A program made the translations under genes and the position numbers. 64,000 nucleotides of DNA from Tubiluchus corallicola. Lineage: Eukaryota; Animalia; Priapulida. Where the stretch lies: the NCBI GenBank assembly GCA_030141605.1, contig JAQGDQ010000014.1, positions 372,001 through 436,000 of the forward strand, given 5' to 3'. The notes beneath the pieces were generated by a model. That model was given only the letters and a program-made list of their open reading frames with translations. It was not told the DNA's origin and did no database searches. Below are positions 41,858 to 52,380 of the stretch, piece after piece. Each line of letters opens with the position of its first letter. Position 1 is the first letter of the stretch.

Positions 41858-44800
41858 CTACTAGGGGCTACTATGTATTATATAATAACAGAGTTTATAT
41901 TTGTAATAAATAATTATATTGTATAAAAAGAGCAGACATTCTATTGTGTTATTCGTTAATAAATTTATTATTTGATAAATAAGCAATTAGAAGTCTTCAA
42001 GGGCGGAACCACAACCACCCACGATAGGGTGTAATTTTCAAGGTCATTTTTTGCAAGCTTTTTACCTCAAATTAGTTGTCACAAATTAAATGAAATGGAT
42101 TCTACAACATCTTTTGATGAAAATCAAAGCTAAGTGGTAGCAGCTTTTTCGTTTAAACATAAGTTTAGCCAAGTTGTCACAGTAACAAACTAGGTAACAA
42201 ATCAACAACAATGGATGTAATAATCGTAAACATTTCCTACTGTGTATAGACAGAGTAATGTGTAGTTACAACTACGATTAGTGATTGCAGTAAAAAACTG
42301 CTGTAATACAAACAATTAAGTGTTCACAGAATTATCTAAGTTGGGTAAGAACAGATTAGTAAGGTCATTTCATACAAGATTATAGACTACTTTACACATT
42401 TGTACCCCTTGTTTTCAGTTTTTGGGTTCTTGTTAAAAATCCCGAACATGTGCTCTGCATGCAGAAATGGCCTTGCAGGATATAGAAGACCTTTAGTTAG
42501 TCAGAAAACATTTTTTGTCTCTGCTGCCCCAGAAAACTGGTTTTGGTACATTTCGGCCTTTGGTTATATACTTCTATGATTCAGCAACTACCGTATATCT
42601 GTTTGATCCACTATCTGGATTGTTAATGATTTGCAAAAATCCTATTGTAGCCTATACAGTATAGAAGCATCAAAAATGTATTTTGTTTTCATGTTTTCCA
42701 TGAATTAGTGTTCTAAAACTTGTTTAAATAGTTTTTGCTTTTAATTTACATTGCTTAAGCGCAAAACAGGAATTCAGTTTGGCAGTAGATCGGTATGTCC
42801 TCGGCCGACTTGTCTGTTTATTAAAGGGAAACACGTGGCTTCGAGAAGCCCAAATTTACTGTATCAGATCTCGTCCGCCTCAGTGTACCCTTCTGTAAGC
42901 GCAGCTTAGATTTCTCTGGGGTTGGAATTACTTAATAAAAAAAATGATGTAGGAACTACAAACAATCAAAACGACGTGTTTCTGTTTAAAAATAAAATTT
43001 ACAAACATCTTCAAAATGACCTTTTGAATTTAAACAGAATTTTTTTCTAAACGAGGTTAAGATTGGGTATATTATATTTACGATCTTGAAGGTCACTCAT
43101 AGTTGTTGTTTTTTACTGCTGCAGAGCAAAAATATTGAAGCCAAATTTGCAGCATATCAAACAGTGATTAGTGAAAACTTAACGTATAGAAAATTGAGTA
43201 CTTATTTGAGCACTTAATTGAGCACTTATTCAAAAAGTAACTTGTTTCAAACTTAACTTAGTTTCCTCTCACACTCTAACTTTTCTTTAGCTCCGAAACC
43301 CACGTACTTGTTTTTATTTTTGAAAGCTGTTAGAGAAATTGCTCAGAGTTCGGACTGAGTATCAAATAAATCACATCGATTTTAAATTCCATTCTTATTT
43401 GACATTACGATACACAAACAAAAACAATTTCGGGGCTGAATAAACTTTATTTTGCATTTATTTGAATTTAAACCTTTATTGCAGAATTTCTTCCGTATAC
43501 TAAACAGTAAAATGGTAATATTTAGAGAGTATTCATACAAGACTGGTAACATTGCTTTTAAGTTAGTTTTTATAAATGAGTTTGAGTTTTTTCATGAATA
43601 ACCTACAACACTCACATACGTGTGTAAGTCATATTCACGCAGTTCAAATCGACGCTGTTTTGGCTGAACGTGGGTTAATCATATCAAATTTAGGGCTGCG
43701 TATATAATCCTGCCTGTTTTTCTTTGCATATAGTGCCTTCCGGGTGTTATACCCGCTTGTTGTCGCAACAATATCGAGATTAAACTAACAGAATTGTCTA
43801 GCAATCAATAGCCAGGCGAATTGAATAAGCTAGATTTCATATATAGAAAATTTTGGTAAAACTAATTGCTGCACGGCCTTTCACCGTTGCGTGCGGCTTC
43901 TTACGCGGGTTACATGAACTGGCTGCGGCGTAGTGTGCCCCGTAATACAGCCGCGTAGTGTGCGCATTAAAACAGCACTGAAGGCCAACTATTGCAACTA
44001 AGGCGAAATGCTATTCAATTTCACCCCACCCTCGATATTGTAATGATTCACACCATTACAAATTCACTGCCACCTAAAACAGGCTGGGATATAATAGTTC
44101 TGTAGCGTGATGTCACTGGTATTCTAGCGCATATAACAATGCACGCTCACATGTGACGAAACACAAGATGTTAATGTATCAAAATAAGCCGTTACATAAT
44201 TCCAGCGATTGACGATGATCGTGAAAAGGTCAATGGTTAACTGTACCAGACAACGTATTTGTGTACACTTGACAACGCCTCGCAGTCCATGCTGTTGTAA
44301 TAGTAAGAGTTTTTTAACTCTACCTATCTAGCTAGCTAGAACCTTACCTAGTTCATTTTTTTGTTCCCAAGCAAGATCCTGTTAGTAAATCACTCTACTT
44401 GCAGACTAATGCATAATGAAGTAAAGTACACGTAAAACAACTGACATTACTGAACTAATGCGGGAGGGTGCTTTTCTTTTGCCACCCATCATATGACGGT
44501 TGTAGTTAAGACACGTTTTTGTGGTGCACTTTTGACCTGCAGCAACTGCGCGTGCACAAAACGAAACTGTGAATAAGCTTATTTTTCTCGATATTCCAAC
44601 CTACGAATGTCCAAAATAGGGAGCTGACAAAAATTCAGCTGGGTCTGGAAGGACCTTGCATTGTAAGTTCCCTTAATGATGCTGCCGGCCTTCAATACTT
44701 TTTATGCTTTCAGGCTTTAAGCATTGTGTATTTGCTGTGATACCTGCTTTGATGTGTGTTTGTTGAATATTTCTTATGAATATTTTTACTGTTTTGTCTA

Positions 44801-45409
44801 AAACAATTTTAGATTCCTAGACCTAATTTGTGTTATACAGATTTATGCCAGTTGCTTTTTAATTGCTTACAATGTGTAATATTGGTCACTAATAGAATCT
44901 TAGTTTAAGCGGAATTGTAGGGAAGGTGTTGTGTTGCGCACACTTCAGAGCCCATGCTTTTGTTATTATTACTAATATTGGTTATTGTCACAGTTAGTAT
45001 TGTCAGTATTATTTTTTTCCATTGGCGATGCCCTACGTAATTATCACGACAGACTGTCTTGTATGTATACAAGATGAATGTATACAAAATTACGTATGGA
45101 CTGAAATCACTGAAATATAGTCAGTTATATATATAGTAATACAGCCAGCTAGAGCATTAGAAATAAAGATAGAGAGCAGTGTAGGCAGACGGACAGGAAG
45201 ATAGGGAGCAGGCGAAATTTTAAAGTTGACAATAAAATTATAGAAGGCATATTACCAGCTTGTATAAATTGTTTTTGAATTTAGAATTTCATTTATCTCT
45301 ACCTTGAATTGCCCTATTTTCTTCATGTTGTTCTGTGGAATATCTTAAAAGTTGTGTTTTGATACTACTTCTGTTTTCTGTTGAACAGGAAGCGCCTTGC
45401 TAAAATTTT

Positions 45410-45532
45410 GACGGAAGGAAATTACAATCTAAATTTCCTAAGCCTAACAATAGCCCTAATCTTAACCCTGACCATAACTCTAATCCGCTTCACGAACAAA
45501 TTTCTCGTGTGTGGGAAATTGTAAACTTTAAC
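45410..45532. repeat. Small interspersed element containing degenerate (CCCTAA)n, copy 2
   Basis: CGGAAGGAAATTACAAT...CCTAAGCCTAAC...CCCTAATCTTAACCCTGACCATAACTCTAA...TTGTAAACTTTA. Confidence 0.5.
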
Positions 45533-45558
45533 CATTTTGACTTTGCTAGCGTTTAAAC

Positions 45559-45775
45559 ATAGTTTTAGATAAAGCGCGTGCGCATAGAGAGATTGCTAGC
45601 TTACGCATCGAACAGTACTTCAAAGTGTGCAGTTTTTGTTTAACAATCGAATGCAGTTTTGCCCAACAACATGGCGCCCATTGTTTGCCGAACAGCAGAG
45701 CAATTGTTTGCCTCCTTTTGCCTCACCTTTTGCGCGAGTCTAGCAATCTCTATCTGAGGACGCACCTAAATCAGT
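45559..45775. mobile_element. MITE-like inverted-repeat element (possibly Mutator-type) in the promoter region of the DCX gene
   Basis: Perfect 12-bp inverted repeat AGAGATTGCTAG (45588-45599) / CTAGCAATCTCT (45740-45751), extending imperfectly outward. Flanked by a 10-bp direct repeat GCGTTTAAAC (45549-45558, 45776-45785). Contains NRF1-like GCGCGTGCGCA (45574) and YY1-like CAACATGGCG (45667). Confidence 0.5.
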
Positions 45776-45805
45776 GCGTTTAAACCAACACTACATCATA
45801 GAAAT

Positions 45806-45818
45806 GTTGCTGGGTTAC
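45806..45818 (-). promoter_or_regulatory. RFX X-box candidate upstream of the multi-DCX gene
   Basis: Plus strand GTTGCTGGGTTAC; reverse complement GTAACC-C-AGCAAC fits the consensus GTNRCC(N0-3)RGYAAC exactly. It ends ~170 bp before the ATG, and a GTTACTA half-site follows. Confidence 0.55.
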
Positions 45819-45985
45819 TGCTGTTACTAAGAGCTACTGTAACTATTCTGTTTTCTTTCTCTCCCTGATGCATGATGAGGATAAGGAGTGATGTTCCGTA
45901 TTGGCACAAATGGCATGTATGGAATTAGGAACCAAGATACCAAGATTTTGAGTGTCTTCGGTTGCATAAACTAAACACAAGGAAG

Positions 45986-48900
45986 ATGAGTGAAGAAAAG
46001 ACACAGCCGGCTCAAAAGAGCATACCATCAAAAGCAACTTCAAGGCCAAATACCTCTGGTACTAAATCTAACCAGCCTGCAACCAAGGCAGCAATAGCTC
46101 GAACACAGACTCGCATGCGTAAGCTACCTAGCATAAAAACAGTAAAGGTGTTCATAAATGGCGACCCTTCGTTTGATGGTAAACGGTTTGTTATCAATAA
46201 CAAATATATACAAGACTTTCCCGCTTTAATGGATGAATTGAGTTTTTCCATGAAACCAAATTTTGGAAAAGTTAGGAATCTTTGGCAGGCCGAGAATGGG
46301 AAGCGAGTGGTTGAAATGGATGCAATTGTCCATGGCGCAAATTATGTTGCAGGCGGATTAGGACCTTTCAGACCTTTAAACTATGAAGAAATTGAGGCAA
46401 TTCGGAAAGCATTCCAGGCAGCTGAGATTGCTAGACGTAAGTCCCGTACTTCTGTTAGTGGCGTTCGTCGTGAGTCCAATGAAGAAAACCTTAGCCGGCA
46501 ACCAGTGCTTATTGACATTTTTAAAAATGGTGATACACATTTTTTTCCTGTGAGACTTTTGCTGAGAAAACCCGATTTGCTGAGCTTCGAAACAGTCCTG
46601 CAGGCCATTGCAATGAAAGTTCAATTGTCCAGTGGTGGCTGTATTAAGAGGTTGTATCGCTTGTCGGATGGGCTTAAGGTATCTCATGTTCATCAGATTG
46701 AACCCTTTGGCTGTTATGTTGCTGCTGCTAACGAAAAGTTCAAGACTACGTCTTACAAAACGCCAAAGGCCATCCAGGAAGCTGAAAAATCCATGCTAGA
46801 AAAAGCAGTAGCTAAAGCAATAGCTGACGCAGAAGAACAGAAAAAACGCATGCGCAAACAGCAGACTGTACTGCCAATGGTTATCACTGTGTACAAAAAT
46901 GGCGATGAAAAATTTGATCCTGTTAGTTTATTATTATATGAGAGAGATGTACTGTCTCTTGAAAATACGCTGGAGCAAATTGCCATCAAGGCTCACCTGA
47001 CTAAAGAGATGGCTCAAACACTGTTTCGTATGGATGATGGATCAAAGGTTGATGATCCTTTTGACTTAGATTTTAATGCTACCTATGTTGTTGGGGGCCT
47101 GGGGGAAAAATTCAAACGTGTGGCTTATAAACTACTGGATGCTGTTACTACTGAGGTTCAAGAGGAATATTCTCCAGAGCTAGATAGCACTGAACCTTCT
47201 ACAGTTGATAAAGGCCAAATGGAGGAAACAGACGATGTTAGTTCTGGAACTGGAATCATGATTACTGTGTACAAAAATGGCGATGAAAGTTTTGAACCGC
47301 TTAAGCTCCGCTTGAATAAGAATTACCTGAAGTCACTTGACAACGCTTTGCAGCAAATTTGCGAGAAGACTCATTTACCAGAAAGTGAAGTCACTAACTT
47401 GTATGGTATGGATGGCAGAAAGATCGAGAGATCTCTTGATTTGGACAATAATGGTGTCTTTGTTCTAGCTGGTACTGGAGAAGAGTTTAAAGGAGTAAAT
47501 TACAAGGAACCAGAAAGTGCTTTTGAAATCGGCAGTGCGATAGTAGTATATAAAAATGGCGATGAAGATTTTAAACCTGTAAGGTTACATTTGTATGAGG
47601 ATGATGTGACATCATCTGAAAAAACTCAAGAAGTAATTGCTAACAAAGCTCACCTGAACAAAGATGATGTCAATGCCTTGTATCACATGGAGGATGGTAA
47701 GAAGGTAGATAACCAACTTGATTTGGTGGAGGATGACAATGGCGTTTTTGTTGCTACTGGAGATGGAGAAAAATTTGAACTAGTGGATTACAAACCCGTG
47801 GATGATGCTTTTGAAACAGTAATTACAGTATACAGAAATGGTGACGAAAATTTTAAACCAGTTAGGCTACGTTTGTGTAAAGATGCTTTAATGTCATTTG
47901 AAAAAACAATGCAAGAAATTGCTGAAAAGGCTGGTCTTAGTGAAAGTGAAGTCAAAACCTTGTATCGTGCAAAGGATGGAAGAAAGATGGACGACCCTCT
48001 TGACCTAGATAATGATGGTGTTTTTGTTGTTGCTGGTGCAGGAGAAAAATTCAAACCACTGTCAAAGAGTTATAAACCACTTGGCAGCGTTTCGGATGTT
48101 GTGGTAACTGTGTATAAAAATGGCGATGAAAGTTTTAAACCAGTGAAGCTTCGTTTGCATAAGGATGATCTAAAGTCACTTGAATACCACTTGAAACAAA
48201 TTGCCAGGAAGGCTAAATTGAATGAAAGTGAAGTCAAAACATTATTCCATAAAAATGATGGCAGTGAAATTAATGATCTACTCGATATAGTAAATAATGA
48301 TGTCGTTGTTGTTGGTGGTTTAGCAGAAAAATTTAAGCCAGTTGCTTATAAACCACTAACCAGTGCTTCTGAAGCTGTGATAACCATATTCAAAAATGGT
48401 GATGAAGAATTCGAACCCATCAAAATACGTTTGTCCACGGATGAACAAAAGTCCTTTGAGAGTCACTTGCAACAAATTGCCAAAAAGACCAAACTGAATG
48501 AAAGTGGTGTGAAAACTTTGTATCGAATGGATGATGGCAAAAATATAGATGACCCGCTTGACATAGATGATGGTGGTGTTTTTGTTGTTGCTGGCGCAAG
48601 AGAAAAATTTAAGGCAGTGGATTACAAATCAGCAGCACGGTCTTCCGAAGCTGTGATCACCGTGTACAAAAATGGCGATAAAAATTTTAGACCAGTCAGA
48701 ATATGTGTGAACAAGGATGGTGGGGAAACCCTTGAAAGTCATTTGCAACAAATTGCAGAAAAGGCTCGTCTTAGTGAAAGTGAAGTCAGAGCCTTGTATC
48801 GTATGAAAGATGGTAGTAAGGTGGATGACCCTCTTCTTATAGATAATGATGGCGTTTTTGTAGTTGCTGGTGCAGGAGAAAAATTTGAACAAGTGGCTTA

Positions 48901-49894
48901 TAAACCTATAGTCACTGATGCTGTAATAACTGTGTATAAAAATGGCGACAAAGACTTTGCAGGTGTCAGGTTACATTTGTGTAAAGATGATCTTAAGTCT
49001 GTTAAAGCCATACTGCAGCAAATTGCCAAGAAAACGCGTTTAGATGAAAGTGAAGTACAAACTTTATTTCGCCTAGAGGATGGCAAAGAAATTAACGACC
49101 CTTCAGAAATAGATAATAATGGTGTTTATGTTACTAGTGCTGAAGGAGAAAAATTCAAGTTGATAGCTTATGAGCCACCTAGAAGTCCTGAATTCGTGTT
49201 CACTGTTTACAAAAATGGGGATGAAAACTTTGAACCCATTAAGATACATTTGTATAAAGATGACTTAATATCTTTTGATAGAATGCTACAAAAGATAGCT
49301 GAAAAGGCACACCTAAGCGACAGTGAAGTCAAAACCTTGTTTCGCAAGGAGGATGGTAAAAAACTTGAAGACCCACTTGACTTAGACCTCGACGGAGAGT
49401 TTGTTGTTGGTGGTGTGGGGGAATCATTTAAACCTGTGGCTTATAAACAATTGACCAGTGCTTCTGACATTGATATTACTGTTTACAAAAATGGTGATGA
49501 CAGCTTTGCACCTGTTAGAGTACATTTGAGCAAACAAGATCTTAAGTCACTCGAGACTGCAATGAAGCAAATTGCCGTCAATACTGACTTGAAAAAAAGC
49601 GAAGTCGAAACTTTATATCGCATGTTAGATGGCAGAAGAGTTGATAACTCACTTGATATAGACAACGACGGTACATTTGTAGTTGCTGGTAAAGGTGAAA
49701 AATTTAAATGGGTTCCATATAGACCGCAGCGGCGACCGAGAACAGCTGCAGCTCCAGGTGAACCGTGCCTTTGTGGGACGGAAGAAGGAGATGCCAAGTG
49801 CAAGAAGCATCGCTTCATTCCCGCAAACATACCTGCAGATTACCGTTCAATTTGCCCAGCGAGGAAGCAGGTGATAGGCAGGTGGTTGCATTGA
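45986..49894 (+). CDS. DCDC2-like protein with 12 tandem doublecortin (DCX) domains, single coding exon, 1302 aa
   Basis: Long ORF with no stops (the ORF track starts at an upstream TTG; first ATG is 45986). Twelve copies of the DCX signature (V/I)x(V/I)(Y/F)xNGD...L(Y/F)...G...(Y/F)V...E.F...Y. NGD codons start at 46157, 46526, 46898, 47276, 47555, 47837, 48119, 48395, 48671, 48941, 49214 and 49490. Domain 1 (KTVKVFINGDPSFDGKRFVI...FGKVRNL...NYVAGG..PF..LNY) and domain 2 resemble the N-DC and C-DC domains of DCDC2 from memory. Confidence 0.93.
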   Translation: MSEEKTQPAQKSIPSKATSRPNTSGTKSNQPATKAAIARTQTRMRKLPSIKTVKVFINGDPSFDGKRFVINNKYIQDFPALMDELSFSMKPNFGKVRNLWQAENGKRVVEMDAIVHGANYVAGGLGPFRPLNYEEIEAIRKAFQAAEIARRKSRTSVSGVRRESNEENLSRQPVLIDIFKNGDTHFFPVRLLLRKPDLLSFETVLQAIAMKVQLSSGGCIKRLYRLSDGLKVSHVHQIEPFGCYVAAANEKFKTTSYKTPKAIQEAEKSMLEKAVAKAIADAEEQKKRMRKQQTVLPMVITVYKNGDEKFDPVSLLLYERDVLSLENTLEQIAIKAHLTKEMAQTLFRMDDGSKVDDPFDLDFNATYVVGGLGEKFKRVAYKLLDAVTTEVQEEYSPELDSTEPSTVDKGQMEETDDVSSGTGIMITVYKNGDESFEPLKLRLNKNYLKSLDNALQQICEKTHLPESEVTNLYGMDGRKIERSLDLDNNGVFVLAGTGEEFKGVNYKEPESAFEIGSAIVVYKNGDEDFKPVRLHLYEDDVTSSEKTQEVIANKAHLNKDDVNALYHMEDGKKVDNQLDLVEDDNGVFVATGDGEKFELVDYKPVDDAFETVITVYRNGDENFKPVRLRLCKDALMSFEKTMQEIAEKAGLSESEVKTLYRAKDGRKMDDPLDLDNDGVFVVAGAGEKFKPLSKSYKPLGSVSDVVVTVYKNGDESFKPVKLRLHKDDLKSLEYHLKQIARKAKLNESEVKTLFHKNDGSEINDLLDIVNNDVVVVGGLAEKFKPVAYKPLTSASEAVITIFKNGDEEFEPIKIRLSTDEQKSFESHLQQIAKKTKLNESGVKTLYRMDDGKNIDDPLDIDDGGVFVVAGAREKFKAVDYKSAARSSEAVITVYKNGDKNFRPVRICVNKDGGETLESHLQQIAEKARLSESEVRALYRMKDGSKVDDPLLIDNDGVFVVAGAGEKFEQVAYKPIVTDAVITVYKNGDKDFAGVRLHLCKDDLKSVKAILQQIAKKTRLDESEVQTLFRLEDGKEINDPSEIDNNGVYVTSAEGEKFKLIAYEPPRSPEFVFTVYKNGDENFEPIKIHLYKDDLISFDRMLQKIAEKAHLSDSEVKTLFRKEDGKKLEDPLDLDLDGEFVVGGVGESFKPVAYKQLTSASDIDITVYKNGDDSFAPVRVHLSKQDLKSLETAMKQIAVNTDLKKSEVETLYRMLDGRRVDNSLDIDNDGTFVVAGKGEKFKWVPYRPQRRPRTAAAPGEPCLCGTEEGDAKCKKHRFIPANIPADYRSICPARKQVIGRWLH

Positions 49895-50896
49895 TTTCTG
49901 GACTACAATTTGTTAGCGCACTGAGAGTATTCTTGGTTGTCATGTAAGAAAGGGAGTCATGTTGTCGTACTGCAAACATTGGCAAAATGTAAGCTTGGCA
50001 CTGTTTGATTTAATATTGTTGTAAAACAGCAAGATAAAAATAAGACGACTGTACGCAACATATAAGTTTTCTTAAAGCTTCTTTTAGAGTTTTTCTTTCA
50101 CTTACCCTGTATGACGCATCGCTCAGAACTAGTCGCTTTTCATCGAATTTGTATTTCTTGAAATGTTTTGCTGCTATATCTCTGATATATGGATTGTCTT
50201 TTGGTAGGCAGCGTTTGGAGTAGCACTATAGCAGCCGGACCGCTTGCGTCTGAATTAAAAAAAATGTTAAAAAAATGAATATTCTTGACACGAAGTTTGT
50301 GTTTTTGAACGGTAAGGAGGCCCAGCATGCTAATTAAATCCGCAACCAAAACTGTGATCATTTGAGTCCTTACCAAAGCTGGGCTTAGATCAACTTTGGT
50401 CTGCACAAACTGTGAACAACTGTCAACAAACGAGCATGAACCGAGGCCGTTTACACTATAGAAGGAATAGGTGACACTATATGCGAATATTATAGTACTT
50501 ACCACGACAACACGCATAATTTGCACATGTATATTTTTGTCAGTGGTGTAAACGAGTCTATATCGACAAGTCTTCTAATAGTTTGAATAATTTAAGATCA
50601 TGATTATCAGTTAAAGAAGATAATAACTGACCATACAGATGAACATTGTAGTCTTGCACAAAAGCAATAACAAAATTTACAACACAAGATGTGATCAATA
50701 AAAGACGACAATTTATTTATGACGCTTGAAACAGCAGACCAAACCATGGCTTATGAGTTGTAATTAAGCTATTCACAGAGATTAAAATCTTGTCATCTTA
50801 TTTGACAATGCATTGTTATGATAAGTAAGTGAATAAAATACTCTTCCTAAAACTTGTTTATCCATCCTAGAAACAATGTGCTGAGATTGACTCGTT

Positions 50897-51205
50897 CAGT
50901 CAGTTAATCAGTCAGTCAGTCAGTCAGTCAGTCAGTCAGTCAGTCAGTCAGTCAGTCAGTCAGTCAGTCAGTCAGTCAGTCAGTCAGTCAGTCAGTCAGT
51001 CAGTCAGTCAGTCAGTCAGTCAGTCAGTCAGTCAGTCAGTCAGTCAGTCAGTCAGTCAGTCAGTCAGTCAGTCAGTCAGTCAGTCAGTCAGTCAGTCAGT
51101 CAGTCAGTCAGTCAGTCAGTCAGTCAGTCAGTCAGTCAGTCAACCAGCTAACCAGCCAGCCAGCCAGCGAGCGAGCGAGTGAGTGAGTGAGTCAGTCAGT
51201 GAGTC
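50897..51205. repeat. (CAGT)n microsatellite with derived tetramers
   Basis: Directly visible. Confidence 0.97.
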
Positions 51206-51419
51206 ACCCCGTTTTAAATATTTGTGTATTTGTCAGTTTCATTTATGGCTTCTAGCTATCATATGATTTAATTTTTGTGCTAAATTCTCAATTAATAATC
51301 TAAAATTTCTTCATATGTTTGACTGATTGTTCCAATATTGTTCGATCACGAATTAACTGAACTGATCTAATTAATTCTCTTTGTGTTTTTCATTTTTCTT
51401 ATCCTTTCATTTCCCAGTC

Positions 51420-51420
51420 A

Positions 51421-51488
<68 letters not shown>

Positions 51489-51500
51489 CTCTCTCCTCTT
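51420..51500. repeat. (CT)n microsatellite
   Basis: Directly visible. Confidence 0.95.
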
Positions 51501-52059
51501 TTTTTCAGAAGCATTTTTTTCGTAACGTGTGCAGTCACATCTTGTTTATTATTCTATCACAAACTTGTTATGAAAATTTGGAATTACACTCGAAAGCAAA
51601 AGAATGCGGTTTCATTATCGGGTGCCCTACATTGTGCTAGAAAATACTTAAAGGTACATTAAATTTTGGAACGTGGGTAGCTCTGGTGATATTTCAGAGA
51701 ACCATTTCTCTGAAAATGTCGATGCATTTTGGTGATAGGAGATTTCAAGAGAAAAAATTAGTTTCTGTATACATTGATGACACGCCTTGCTGAATTCAAC
51801 CTGCATGATTAAGTGTTAGAATCACCTCATTTGTGAGCACGATGTAATCACTGTACGTTGATTCAATAACTAAGCAAATAATAATCTCAATCAGTGATTC
51901 TGACATCGATTTTGGGCATAGACTATCATAAGACAAATTTAACAATGATTTTACTTGTGGAGTTGCTGAGCACTTTGGTGCGACATGGTGCGACATGGTG
52001 CATACTTTTTACTTTCGTTTTTTTTACAATTGCCTTCAACTTCATCTATACATTCAACT

Positions 52060-52380
52060 TTATAACTGAACTTGTGTTGTTGTGCAATGCTGAGTTATCG
52101 ACAATAAAAGTTAAGCAGCAGAAGGAAATTGGTGCTTTTCAAAGTCCTCTGTATAGAAAATTATTGGGTATTAAATGGCCTGACAGAATATCCAGTAATG
52201 ATCTGTATGATGTGGTCAAGAAGAATCCTTGAAGTAAACAAATGCAAGTAAGAATATTGCATTTGATTTGGCATGTACTAAGATTACCTCCCTTAGCATT
52301 ACTAAGTGTCTCCTTTTCCTATAGCATTACGTAAAACTCTTGAAACGACAAAAAAGCCGAGAGAGAGTCAGCTAATGACA
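52060..52380 (+). mobile_element. RTE-clade LINE 3' fragment
   Basis: ELVLLCNAELSTI...IGAFQSPLYRKLLGIKWPDRISSNDLY...RILHLIWHVLRLP matches the RTE C-terminal pattern (LLY..E.W...LR.IL.I.W.D.I.N..L...RL.W.GH..R). Confidence 0.75.

Noticed and set aside
42160-42420. Possible Penelope GIY-YIG relic (VRSFHTRL); also a possible L2 relic at ~9170-9600
   Set aside because: Too few motif residues to support a call.
44663-45388. Candidate 5'-UTR splice sites (GTAAGT at 44663; acceptors at 44713 and 45388)
   Set aside because: Plausible, but cannot be told from chance without transcript data.
45962-45985. ORF-track start at TTG 45962
   Set aside because: In a eukaryotic context the first in-frame ATG (45986, with A at -3) is preferred, unless an upstream exon is spliced in.
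46012-49947. Short antisense and overlapping ORFs within the DCX gene
   Set aside because: Shadows of the real coding frame; their recurring sequence mirrors the DCX repeats.
50140-50526. 128-aa minus-strand ORF downstream of the DCX gene
   Set aside because: No recognisable domain and no ATG start; probably 3' UTR or flank (candidate AATAAA at 50697).
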